A stretch of 64,000 bases of DNA from the human T2T-CHM13v2.0 reference genome, Homo sapiens (GCF_009914755.1 NC_060948.1), one strand, 5' to 3'; positions 1-13,600 are shown, numbered from the stretch's first letter. Notes: generated by a model not told the origin, from the letters alone. Made by a program: numbers and translations.

Positions 1-174
1 GAACTAAATCGAATGGAATGGAATTGATAGGAACGGAATGGAGAGGAATGCAATGATTTGGCATGGAATGCAATCGAATGGCATCGAATGGAATGGAATG
101 GAATGCAATGGAATGGAATGTATTAGAATGTAATGAACTTTAATGGAATGTACTCGAATGGATTCGACTGGAAT

Positions 175-189
175 GGAATGTTCTGGAAG
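175..189. promoter_or_regulatory. Perfect tripartite heat-shock element motif gGAAtgTTCtgGAAg (HSE-1; intact in 17/18 units)
   Basis: Exact match to the HSF consensus nGAAnnTTCnnGAAn; function inferred. Confidence 0.6.
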
Positions 190-454
190 TGAATGGACTC
201 CAATGGAATGGATTCAAAAGGAATGGAATCGTACGGAATGGAATCTAATGGAATGGAATTAAATGGAAATGAATCAAATTGAATAGCACGGAATTGAATT
301 GAATGGAATGGAATGCAATGGAATCTAATGAAACGGAAAGGAAAGGAATGGAATGGAATGGAATGGGCTGGAATGGAAAGGAATCGAAACGAATGGAATG
401 GAATCGAACTGAAGAGACTGGAATGGAATGCACTGGAATGGAAGGGAGTGTAAT

Positions 455-469
455 GGAAGGTTCTCGAAA
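455..469. promoter_or_regulatory. Perfect tripartite heat-shock element motif gGAAggTTCtcGAAa (HSE-2; intact in 16/18 units)
   Basis: Exact match to nGAAnnTTCnnGAAn; function inferred. Confidence 0.6.
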
Positions 470-1480
470 AAAATGGAATCGAATGGAATGGAATTGAATG
501 GAACGGAATAGAGTCGAATGGAATTGAATGGAATGGAATGGACTAGAGTGAAATAGAATCGAACCACAAGGAATGGACAGGAATAGAATGGTCTCGAATT
601 GAATGGAATCGTATGGAATGGCATCAAACGGAATGGAATGGACAGCCACGGAATGGAATGCACTCGAATGCAATGGAGTCGAAACTAATGGACTGGAATA
701 GAATGGACTCGACTGGTACGGACTCCAATGGAATGGAATCGAATGGAAGGGAATCGAACGGAATGGACTCGAAGGGAAAAGACTGCAATGGAAAGGTCTC
801 GAATGGAATGGAAATTAATGGAATGGAATGGAATCGAATGAAATGGAGTCAAAAGGAATGGAATCGAATGGCAAGAAATCGAATGTAATGGAATCGCAAG
901 GAATTGATGTGAACGGAACGGAATGGAATGGAATCCAAAGGAATGGAATAGAATGGAATGGAATCGAATGGAAAGGACTCGAATGGAAATAACTCGAATA
1001 GAATGCAATTTAATAAAATAGGATCAAATGTAATGGAATGGAATGGAAAGGAATCGAAACGAAAGGAATGGAGACAGATGGAATGGAATGGAACAGAGAG
1101 CAATGGTATAGAATGGAATGGAATCATCTGGAATGGAATTGAATGGAATGGAATAATATGAAATGGAATGGAATGGAATGGAATGGAATGCCCTTGAATT
1201 AAATGGACTGGAATGGAATGGACTCGAACAGAGTGGAATGGAAAGTGTTGAGATAGAATGGAATGGACTCGTTTGGAATGGTGTAGTATGCAATGCAATC
1301 GACTGGCAGGGAATCAAAAGGAATGTAATGGAAAGGATTGGACTGGAATGCAATGGACTCGAATAGATTGGAAACGGAATGCAAAGGAATGGAATGGAAT
1401 AGTATGGAATGGAATGGAAAGGAATGGAGTGGAATAGACTAGAGTGGAATGGAATGGACTGGAAAGCAATAGACTGGAAT

Positions 1481-1495
1481 GGAACTTTCTTGAAT
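1481..1495. promoter_or_regulatory. Perfect tripartite heat-shock element motif gGAActTTCttGAAt (HSE-3; intact in 16/18 units)
   Basis: Exact match to nGAAnnTTCnnGAAn; function inferred. Confidence 0.6.
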
Positions 1496-3309
1496 GGACT
1501 GGAATCAAACGGAATGGAATGCAATGCAATCAAATGGCATGGAATAAAATAGAATGAAAGAGAATCAAATGGAATTGAATCGAATGGAATCGAATGGATT
1601 GGAAAGGAATAGAATGGAATGGAATGGAATTGACTCAAATGGAATGGACTAGAATGGAATGGATTCGAATGGAAGGCAAAGGAATGGAATCTATTGGAAT
1701 GGACTGTAATGGAATGGAATGGAAGGGATTGGAATGGACTCGAATGGAATGGACTGCAATAGAAAGGATTCGAATGGAATGAAAAAGAATTGAATGGAAT
1801 AGAACAGAATGGAATCAAATCGAATGAAATGGAATGGAATAGAAAGGAATGGAATGAAATGGAATGGAAAGGATTCGAATGGAATGCAATCGAATGGAAT
1901 GGAATCGAACGGAATGGAATAAAATGGAAGAAAACTGGCAAGAAATGGAATCGAAATGAATGGAGTGTTATGGAACGGACTCAAAAGGAATTGAATGTAA
2001 TAGAATGGAGTGGAGTGGACTCGAATATAATGGACTGGAATGGAATGAAATCACATGGAATGGGAACGAATGGAATGGAATGGAAAGGAATGGAATCGAA
2101 TGGAAAGGAATCGAATGGAAGGGAATGAAATTGAATCAACAGGAATGGAAGGGAATAGAATAGACGGTAATGGAATGGACTCGAATAGAATGGACACGAA
2201 TGCTCAAATTGAATGGACTCGAATGGAATGGAAACGAAAGGAATGTCATCGAATGGAATTGAATCGATTGGAATGAAATCGCATAGAATGGAGTGGAATC
2301 AAATGGAATTGAATCGAAAGGAAAGGAAGCGAATGGACTGAAATGAAATGGAATGGAATTGAATGGAAAGTAATGCAATGGAATAGAATGGAACGAAATT
2401 TCACGGAATGGAATCAAACTGAATGGAATCAAATCAATGGAATCTAATCAAATGGAATGGAAAGGAATTGAATGGAGTAGATTGGATTGGATGGGATTGG
2501 AATGAAATGTACTGGAAAGGACTCGAATTTCATGAAACGGAATGGAATGAATTGGAACGGAATGGACTCGAATGGAATGGAATGTCATGGAATGGCATCA
2601 AATGGAATGGCATCAAATGGAATGGAATCGAATGCAATGGAATGCTATGGAATGGAATGGAATGCATTGGAATGGAATGTCCTCTAATGGAATGGATTCG
2701 AGTGGAATGGAATCGAATATAATGGAGTCGAATGAAATGGAATTGAAAAGAATGGGATCGAATACAATGGAATATACTGGAATGTAACGTAATGAACTCG
2801 AATGTAATTGACTGGAATGGAATGTACATGAATGGAATGTAATCGAATGGAAAGTAATCCAATGGAATAGAAACTAATGCAATAAAATCGACTCAAATAG
2901 AGTAGAATGTAATGGAATGGAGTGCAGTGCAATGGAATGGAATGGAATGGAATGCAATGGAATGGAATGGAATGGAATGGAATGGGATGGAATGGTTTGG
3001 AATGGATAGTAATGGACTGGTGTGAAATGGACTGGAAAGGAATGGACTCAAATTGAAAGGGCTCGAAAGGAATGGAGTCAAATGGAATGGTCTGGAATGG
3101 AATGAACACGAATGTAATGCAATCCAATAGAATGGAATCGAATGGCATGGAATATAAAGAAATGGAATCGAAGAGAATGGAAACAAATGGAATGGAATTG
3201 AATGGAATGGAATTGAATGGAATGGGAAGGAATGGAGTGAAATTGTATGCAGTAGAAGAGAATAGAATGGAATGCAAGTGAAAGGAAAGGAATGGATTGG
3301 AATGGAATG

Positions 3310-3353
3310 GAATTCATTGGAATGGAAGGGAATGTAGTGTAATGGACAGGCCT
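3310..3353. other. Unit-defining restriction landmarks: EcoRI GAATTC (3310-3315) and StuI/HaeIII AGGCCT (3348-3353)
   Basis: Read directly from the sequence. They recur once per unit and explain the classical ~3.4-3.6 kb male-specific HaeIII/EcoRI band. Confidence 0.85.
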
Positions 3354-3549
3354 GGAATAAAGTGGAATGCTACGGTCTCGAATGGAATAAAAATGTATGG
3401 AATGGAATGCAATGAAACGGAATCGAATGTCATAGAATGTAATGGAATGCAACAAAATGGAATCCAAAATCATTGACTGGAAAGGCTGGGTGTCGAAAGG
3501 AATTGACTCCAATGGAATGGAATCGAATGGAATGGAAGTGAATAGAATC

Positions 3550-6500
3550 GAACTAAATCGAATGGAATGGAATTGATAGGAACGGAATGGAAAGGAATGC
3601 AATGATTTGGCATGGAATGGAATCGAATGGCATCGAATGGAATGGAATGGAATGCAATGGAATGGAATGTATTAGAATGTAATGAACTTCAATGGAATGT
3701 ACTCGAATGGATTCGACTGGAATGGAATGTTCTGGAAGTGAATGGACTCCAATGGAATGGATTCAAAAGGAATGGAATCGTACGGAATGGAATCTAATGG
3801 AATGGAATTAAATGGAAATGAATCAAATTGAATAGCACGGAATTGAATTGAATGGAATGGAATGCAATGGAATCTAATGAAACGGAAAGGAAAGGAATGG
3901 AATGGAATGGAATGGGCTGGAATGGAAAGGAATCGAAACGAATGGAATGGAATCGAACTGAAGAGACTGGAATGGAATGCACTGGAATGGAAGGGAGTGT
4001 AATGGAAGGTTCTCGAAAAAAATGGAATCGAATGGAATGGAATTGAATGGAACGGAATAGAGTCGAATGGAATTGAATGGAATGGAATGGACTAGAGTGA
4101 AATGGAATCGAACCACAAGGAATGGACAGGAATAGAATGGTCTCGAATTGAATGGAATCGTATGGAATGGCATCAAACGGAATGGAATGGACAGCCACGG
4201 AATGGAATGCACTCGAATGCAATGGAGTCGAAACTAATGGACTGGAATAGAATGGACTCGACTGGTACGGACTCCAATGGAATGGAATCGAATGGAAGGG
4301 AATCGAACGGAATGGACTCGAAGGGAAAAGACTGCAATGGAAAGGTCTCGAATGGAATGGAAATTAATGGAATGGAATGGAATCGAATGAAATGGAGTCA
4401 AAAGGAATGGAATCGAATGGCAAGAAATCGAATGTAATGGAATCGCAAGGAATTGATGTGAACGGAACGGAATGGAATGGAATCCAAAGGAATGGAATAG
4501 AATGGAATGGAATCGAATGGAAAGGACTCGAATGGAAATCACTCGAATAGAATGCAATTTAATAAAATAGGATCAAATGTAATGGAATGGAATGGAAAGG
4601 AATCGAAACGAAAGGAATGGAGACAGATGGAATGGAATGGAACAGAGAGCAATGGTATAGAATGGAATGGAATCATCTGGAATGGAATTGAATGGAATGG
4701 AATAATATGAAATGGAATGGAATGGAATGGAATGCCCTTGAATTAAATGGACCGGAATGGAATGGACTCGAACAGAGTGGAATGGAAAGTTTTGAGATAG
4801 AATGGAATGGACTCGTTTGGAATGGTCTAGTAGGCAATGCAATCGACTGGCAGGGAATCAAAAGGAATGTAATGGAATGGATTGGACTGGAATGCAATGG
4901 ACTCGAATAGATTGGAAACGGAATGCAAAGGAATGGAATGGAATAGTATGGAATGGAATGGAAAGGAATGCAGTGGAATAGACTAGAGTGGAATGGAATG
5001 GACTGGAAAGCAATGGACTGGAATGGAACTTTCTTGAATGGACTGGAATCAAACGGAATGGAATGCAATGCAATCAAATGGCATGGAATAAAATAGAATG
5101 AAAGAGAATCAAATGGAATTGAATCGAATGGAATCGAATGGATTGGAAAGGAATAGAATGGAATGGAATGGAATTGACTCAAATGGAATGGACTAGAATG
5201 GAATGGATTCGAATGGAAGGCAAAGGAATGGAATCTATTGGAATGGACTGTAATGGAATGGAATGGAAGGGATTGGAATGGACTCGAATGGAATGGACTG
5301 CAATAGAAAGGATTCGAATGGAATGAAAAAGAATTGAATGGAATAGAACAGAATGGAATCAAATCGAATGAAATGGAATGGAATAGAAAGGAATGGAATG
5401 AAATGGAATGGAAAGGATTCGAATGGAATGCAATCGAATGGAATGGAATCGAACGGAATGGAATAAAATGGAAGAAAACTGGCAAGAAATGGAATCGAAA
5501 TGAATGGAGTGTTATGGAACGGACTCAAAAGGAATTGAATGTAATAGAATGGAGTGGAGTGGACTCGAATATAATGGACTGGAATGGAATGAAATCACAT
5601 GGAATGGGAACGAATGGAATGGAATGGAAAGGAATGGAATCGAATGGAAAGGAATCGAATGGAAGGGAATGAAATTGAATCAACAGGAATGGAAGGGAAT
5701 AGAATAGACGGTAATGGAATGGACTCGAATAGAATGGACACGAATGCTCAAATTGAATGGACTCGAATGGAATGGAAACGAAAGGAATGTCATCGAATGG
5801 AATTGAATCGATTGGAATGAAATCGCATAGAATGGAGTGGAATCAAATGGAATTGAATCGAAAGGAAAGGAAGCGAATGGACTGAAATGAAATGGAATGG
5901 AATTGAATGGAAAGTAATGCAATGGAATAGAATGGAACGAAATTTCACGGAATGGAATCAAACTGAATGGAATCAAACCAATGGAATCAAATCAAATGGA
6001 ATGGAAAGGAATTGAATGGAGTAGATTGGATTGGATGGGATTGGAATGAAATGTACTGGAAAGGACTCGAATTTCATGAAACGGAATGGAATGAATTGGA
6101 ACGGAACGGACTCGAATGGAATGGAATGTCATGGAATGGCATCAAATGGAATGGCATCAAATGGAATGGAATCGAATGCAATGGAATGCTATGGAATGGA
6201 ATGGAATGCATTTTAATGGAATGTCCTCTAATGGAATGGATTCGAGTGGAATGGAATCGAATATAATGGAGTCGAATGAAATGGAATTGAAAGGAATGGG
6301 ATCGAATACAATGGAATATACTGGAATGTAATGTAATGAACTCGAATGTAATTGACTGGAATGGAATGTACATGAATGGAATGTAATCGAATGGAAAGTA
6401 ATCCAATGGAATAGAATCTAATGCAATAAAATCGACTCAGATAGAGTAGAATGTAATGGAATGGAGTGCAGTGCAATGGAATGGAATGGAATGGAATGCA

Positions 6501-7113
6501 ATGGAATGGAATGGAATGGAATGGAATGGAATGGAATGGGATGGAATGGGATGGAATGGTATGGAATGGATAGTAATGGACTGGAGTGAAATGGACTGGA
6601 AAGGAATGGACTCAAATTGAAAGGGCTCGAAAGGAATGGAGACAAATGTAATGGTCTGGAATGGAATGAACACGAATGTAATGCAATCCAATAGAATGGA
6701 GTCGAATGGCATGGAATATAAAGAAATGGAATCGAAGAGAATGGAAACAAATGGAATGGAATTGAATGGAATGGAATTGAATGGAATGGGAACGAATGGA
6801 GTGAAATTGTATGCAGTAGAAGAGAATAGAATGGAATGCAAGCGAAAGGAAAGGAATGGATTGGAATGGAATGGAATTCATTGGAATGGAAGGGAATGTA
6901 GTGTAATGGACAGGCCTGGAATAAAGTGGAATGCTACGGTCTCGAATGGAATAAAAATATATGGAATGGAATGCAATGAAACGGAATCGAATGTCATAGA
7001 ATGTAATGGAATGCAAAAAAATGGAATCCAAAATCATTGACTGGAAAGGCTGGGTGTCGAAAGGAATTGACTCCAATGGAATGGAATCGAATGGAATGGA
7101 AGTGAATAGAATC
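3550..7113 (+). repeat. DYZ1 unit 2 (3,564 bp; -5 and +20 vs unit 1)
   Basis: Landmark spacing; 5-bp loss near 4725 and 20-bp gain near 6500-6550. Confidence 0.9.
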
Positions 7114-10100
7114 GAACTAAATCGAATGGAATGGAATTGATAGGAACGGAATGGAAAGGAATGCAATCATTTGGCATGGAATGGAATCGAATGGCATCGA
7201 ATGGAATGGAATGGAATGCAATGGAATGGAATGTATTAGAATGTAATGAACTTTAATGGAATGTACTCGAATGGATTCGACTGGAATGGAATGTTCTGGA
7301 AGTGAATGGACTCCAATGGAATGGATTCAAAAGGAATGGAATCGTACGGAATGGAATCTAATGGAATGGAATTAAATGGAAATGAATCAAATTGAATAGC
7401 ACGGAATTGAATTGAATGGAATGGAATGCAATGGAATCTAATGAAACGGAAAGGAAAGGAATGGAATGGAATGGAATGGGCTGGAATGGAAAGGAATCGA
7501 AACGAATGGAATGGAATCGAACTGAAGAGACTGGAATGGAATGCACTGGAATGGAAGGGAGTGTAATGGAAGGTTCTCGGAAAAAATGGAATGGAATGGA
7601 ATGGAATTGAATGGAACGGAATAGAGTCGAATGGAATTGAATGGAATGGAATGGACTAGAGTGAATTGGAATCGAACCACAAGGAATGGACAGGAATAGA
7701 ATGGTCTCGAATTGAATGGAATCGTATGGAATGGCATCAAACGGAATGGAATGGACAGCCACGGAATGGAATGCACTCGAATGCAATGGAGTCGAAACTA
7801 ATGGACTGGAATAGAATGGACTCGACTGGTACGGACTCCAATGGAATGGAATCGAATGGAAGGGAATCGAACGGAATGGAATCGGAGGGAAAAGACTGCA
7901 ATGGAAAGGTCTCAAATGGAATGGAAATTAATGGAATGGAATGGAATCGAATGAAATGGAGTCAAAAGCAATGGAATCGAATGGCAAGAAATCGAATGTA
8001 ATGGAATCGCAAGGAATTGATGTGAACGGAACGGAATGGAATGGAATCCAAAGGAATGGAATAGAATGGAATGGAATCGAATGGAAAGGACTCGAATGGA
8101 AATCACTCGAATAGAATGCAATTTAATAAAATAGGATCAAATGTAATGGAATGGAATGGAAAGGAATCGAAACTAAAGGAATGGAGACAGATGGAATGGA
8201 ATAGAACAGAAAGCAATGGTATAGAATGGAATGGAATCATCTGGAATGGAATTGAATGGAATGGAATAATATGAAATGGAATGGAATGGAATGGAATGGA
8301 ATGCCCTTGAATTAAATGGACTGGAATGGAATGGACTCGAACAGAGTGGAATGGAAAGTGTTGAGATAGAATGGAATGGACTCCTTTGGAATGGTGTAGT
8401 ATGCAATGCAATCGACTGGCAGGGTATCAAAAGGAATTTAATCGAATGGATTGGACTGGAATGCAATGGACTCGAATAGATTGGAAACGGAATGCAAAGG
8501 AATGGAATGGAATAGTATGGAATGGAATGGAAAGGAATGGAGTGGAATAGACTAGAGTGGAATGGAATGGACTGGAAAGCAATGGACTGGAATGGAACTC
8601 TCTTGAATGGACTGGAATCAAACGGAATGGAATGCAATGCAATCAAATGGCATGGAATAAAATAGAATGAAAGAGAATCAAATGGAATTGAATCGAATGG
8701 AATCGAATGGATTGGAAAGGAATAGAATGGAATGGAATGGAATGGACTAGAATGGAATGGATTCGAATGGAAGGCAAAGGAATGGAATCTATTGGAATGG
8801 ACTGTAATGGAATGGAATGGAAGGGATTGGAATGGACTCGAATGGAATGGACTGCAATAGAAAGGATTCGAATGGAATGAAAAAGAATTGAATGGAATAG
8901 AACAGAATGGAATCAAATCGAATGAAATGGAATGGAATAGAAAGGAATGGAATGAAATGGAATGGAAAGGATTCGAATGGAATGCAATCGAATGGAATGG
9001 AATCGAACGGAATGGAATAAAATGGAAGAAAACTGGCAAGAAATGGAATCGAAATGAATGGAGTGTTATGGAACGGACTCAAAAGGAATTGAATGTAATA
9101 GAATGGAGTGGAGTGGACTCGAATATAATGGACTGGAATGGAATGAAATCACATGGAATGGGAACGAATGGAATGGAATGGAAAGGAATGGAATCGAATG
9201 GAAAGGAATCGAATGGAAGGGAATGAAATTGAATCAACAGGAATGGAAGGGAATAGAATAGACTGTAATGGAATGGACTCGAATAGAATGGACACGAATG
9301 CTCAAATTGAATGGACTCGAATGGAATGGAAACGAAAGGAATGTCATCGAATGGAATTGAATCGATTGGAATGAAATCGCATAGAATGGAGTGGAATCAA
9401 ATGGAATTGAATCGAAAGGAAAGGAAGCGAATGGACTGAAATGAAATGGAATGGAATTGAATGGAAAGTAATGCAATGGAATAGAATGGAACGAAATTTC
9501 ACGGAATGGAATCAAACTGAATGGAATCAAATCAATGGAATCTAATCAAATGGAATGGAAAGGAATTGAATGGAGTAGATTGGATTGGATGGGATTGGAA
9601 TGAAATGTACTGGAAAGGACTCGAATTTCATGAAACGGAATGGAATGAATTGGAACGGAATGGACTCGAATGGAATGGAATGTCATGGAATGGCATCAAA
9701 TGGAATGGCATCAAATGGAATGGAATCGAATGCAATGGAATGCTATGGAATGGAATGGAATGCATTGGAATGGAATGTCCTCTAATGGAATGGATTCGAG
9801 TGGAATGGAATCGAATATAATGGAGTCGAATGAAATGGAATTGAAAAGAATGGGATCGAATACAATGGAATATACTGGAATGTAACGTAATGAACTCGAA
9901 TGTAATTGACTGGAATGGAATGTACATGAATGGAATGTAATCGAATGGAAAGTAATCCAATGGAATAGAAACTAATGCAATAAAATCGACTCAAATAGAG
10001 TAGAATGTAATGGAATGGAGTGCAGTGCAATGGAATGGAATGGAATGGAATGCAATGGAATGGAATGGAATGGAATGGAATGGGATGGAATGGTTTGGAA

Positions 10101-10647
10101 TGGATAGTAATGGACTGGTGTGAAATGGACTGGAAAGGAATGGACTCAAATTGAAAGGGCTCGAAAGGAATGGAGTCAAATGGAATGGTCTGGAATGGAA
10201 TGAACACGAATGTAATGCAATCCAATAGAATGGAATCGAATGGCATGGAATATAAAGAAATGGAATCGAAGAGAATGGAAACAAATGGAATGGAATTGAA
10301 TGGAATGGAATTGAATGGAATGGGAAGGAATGGAGTGAAATTGTATGCAGTAGAAGAGAATAGAATGGAATGCAAGTGAAAGGAAAGGAATGGATTGGAA
10401 TGGAATGGAATTCATTGGAATGGAAGGGAATGTAGTGTAATGGACAGGCCTGGAATAAAGTGGAATGCTACGGTCTCGAATGGAATAAAAATGTATGGAA
10501 TGGAATGCAATGAAACGGAATCGAATGTCATAGAATGTAATGGAATGCAAAAAAATGGAATCCAAAATCATTGACTGGAAAGGCTGGGTGTCGAAAGGAA
10601 TTGACTCCAATGGAATGGAATCGAATGGAATGGAAGTGAATAGAATC
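7114..10647 (+). repeat. DYZ1 unit 3 (3,534 bp; -15)
   Basis: Lacks the ATTGACTCAAATGGA segment near 8740. Confidence 0.9.
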
Positions 10648-13600
10648 GAACTAAATCGAATGGAATGGAATTGATAGGAACGGAATGGAAAGGAATGCAA
10701 TGATTTGGCATGGAATGGAATCGAATGGCATCGAATGGAATGGAATGGAATGCAATGGAATGGAATGTATTAGAATGTAATGAACTTTAATGGAATGTAC
10801 TCGAATGGATTCGACTGGAATGGAATGTTCTGGAAGTGAATGGACTCCAATGGAATGGATTCAAAAGGAATGGAATCGTACGGAATGGAATCTAATGGAA
10901 TGGAATTAAATGGAAATGAATCAAATTGAATAGCACGGAATTGAATTGAATGGAATGGAATGCAATGGAATCTAATGAAACGGAAAGGAAAGGAATGGAA
11001 TGGAATGGAATGGGCTGGAATGGAAAGGAATCGAAACGAATGGAATGGAATCGAACTGAAGAGACTGGAATGGAATGCACTGGAATGGAAGGGAGTGTAA
11101 TGGAAGGTTCTCGAAAAAAATGGAATCGAATGGAATGGAATTGAATGGAACGGAATAGAGTCGAATGGAATTGAATGGAATGGAATGGACTAGAGTGAAA
11201 TGGAATCGAACCACAAGGAATGGACAGGAATAGAATGGTCTCGAATTGAATGGAATCGTATGGAATGGCATCAAACGGAATGGAATGGACAGCCACGGAA
11301 TGGAATGCACTCGAATGCAATGGAGTCGAAACTAATGGACTGGAATAGAATGGACTCGACTGGTACGGACTCCAATGGAATGGAATCGAATGGAAGGGAA
11401 TCGAACGGAATGGACTCGAAGGGAAAAGACTGCAATGGAAAGGTCTCGAATGGAATGGAAATTAATGGAATGGAATGGAATCGAATGAAATGGAGTCAAA
11501 AGGAATGGAATCGAATGGCAAGAAATCGAATGTAATGGAATCGCAAGGAATTGATGTGAACGGAACGGAATGGAATGGAATCCAAAGGAATGGAATAGAA
11601 TGGAATGGAATCGAATGGAAAGGACTCGAATGGAAATCACTCGAATAGAATGCAATTTAATAAAATAGGATCAAATGTAATGGAATGGAATGGAAAGGAA
11701 TCGAAACGAAAGGAATGGAGACAGATGGAATGGAATGGAACAGAGAGCAATGGTATAGAATGGAATGGAATCATCTGGAATGGAATTGAATGGAATGGAA
11801 TAATATGAAATGGAATGGAATGGAATGGAATGCCCTTGAATTAAATGGACTGGAATGGAATGGACTCGAACAGAGTGGAATGGAAAGTGTTGAGATAGAA
11901 TGGAATGGACTCGTTTGGAATGGTCTAGTAGGCAATGCAATCGACTGGCAGGGAATCAAAAGGAATGTAATGGAATGGATTGGACTGGAATGCAATGGAC
12001 TCGAATAGATTGGAAACGGAATGCAAAGGAATGGAATGGAATAGTATGGAATGGAATGGAAAGGAATGCAGTGGAATAGACTAGAGTGGAATGGAATGGA
12101 CTGGAAAGCAATGGACTGGAATGGAACTTTCTTGAATGGACTGGAATCAAACGGAATGGAATGCAATGCAATCAAATGGCATGGAATAAAATAGAATGAA
12201 AGAGAATCAAATGGAATTGAATCGAATGGAATCGAATGGATTGGAAAGGAATAGAATGGAATGGAATGGAATTGACTCAAATGGAATGGACTAGAATGGA
12301 ATGGATTCGAATGGAAGGCAAAGGAATGGAATCTATTGGAATGGACTGTAATGGAATGGAATGGAAGGGATTGGAATGGACTCTAATGGAATGGACTGCA
12401 ATAGAAAGGATTCGAATGGAATGAAAAAGAATTGAATGGAATAGAACAGAATGGAATTAAATCGAATGAAATGGAATGGAATAGAAAGGAATGGAATGAA
12501 ATGGAATGGAAAGGATTCGAATGGAATGCAATCGAATGGAATGGAATCGAACGGAATGGAATAAAATGGAAGAAAACTGGCAAGAAATGGAATCGAAATG
12601 AATGGAGTGTTATGGAACGGACTCAAAAGGAATTGAATGTAATAGAATGGAGTGGAGTGGACTCGAATATAATGGACTGGAATGGAATGAAATCACATGG
12701 AATGGGAACGAATGGAATGGAATGGAAAGGAATGGAATCGAATGGAAAGGAATCGAATGGAAGGGAATGAAATTGAATCAACAGGAATGGAAGGGAATAG
12801 AATAGACGGTAATGGAATGGACTCGAATAGAATGGACACGAATGCTCAAATTGAATGGACTCGAATGGAATGGAAACGAAAGGAATGTCATCGAATGGAA
12901 TTGAATCGATTGGAATGAAATCGCATAGAATGGAGTGGAATCAAATGGAATTGAATCGAAAGGAAAGGAAGCGAATGGACTGAAATGAAATGGAATGGAA
13001 TTGAATGGAAAGTAATGCAATGGAATAGAATGGAACGAAATTTCACGGAATGGAATCAAACTGAATGGAATCAAACCAATGGAATCAAATCAAATGGAAT
13101 GGAAAGGAATTGAATGGAGTAGATTGGATTGGATGGGATTGGAATGAAATGTACTGGAAAGGACTCGAATTTCATGAAACGGAATGGAATGAATTGGAAC
13201 GGAACGGACTCGAATGGAATGGAATGTCATGGAATGGCATCAAATGGAATGGCATCAAATGGAATGGAATCGAATGCAATGGAATGCTATGGAATGGAAT
13301 GGAATGCATTTTAATGGAATGTCCTCTAATGGAATGGATTCGAGTGGAATGGAATCGAATATAATGGAGTCGAATGAAATGGAATTGAAAGGAATGGGAT
13401 CGAATACAATGGAATATACTGGAATGTAATGTAATGAACTCGAATGTAATTGACTGGAATGGAATGTACATGAATGGAATGTAATCGAATGGAAAGTAAT
13501 CCAATGGAATAGAATCTAATGCAATAAAATCGACTCAGATAGAGTAGAATGTAATGGAATGGAGTGCAGTGCAATGGAATGGAATGGAATGGAATGGAAT

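Larger units (their letters stand above)
1..3549 (+). repeat. DYZ1 unit 1 (3,549 bp; arbitrary phase starting at GAACTAAATC)
   Basis: Landmark GAACTAAATC at 1 recurs at 3550; used as the reference unit. Confidence 0.9.

Noticed and set aside
1005-1030. AT-rich island with AATAAA (also AATAAA near 1543, 1918, 2881, 3356 and 3387) as a polyadenylation or TATA-like signal
   Set aside because: AATAAA is only two substitutions from AATGGA and is expected by chance here. There is no convincing downstream element or transcript evidence in the sequence.
2391-2540. Additional HSE-like sites (GAAATTTCACGGA at ~2395; TTCATGAA at ~2529)
   Set aside because: Each has only two correctly spaced triplets, so they were not counted as perfect elements.
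100-2880. Possible internal ancestral sub-repeat (TGTAATGAACT at ~129 and ~2789; ~1.8-kb half-unit)
   Set aside because: Similarity by eye does not clearly exceed the shared pentamer background; it would need a background-corrected self-alignment.
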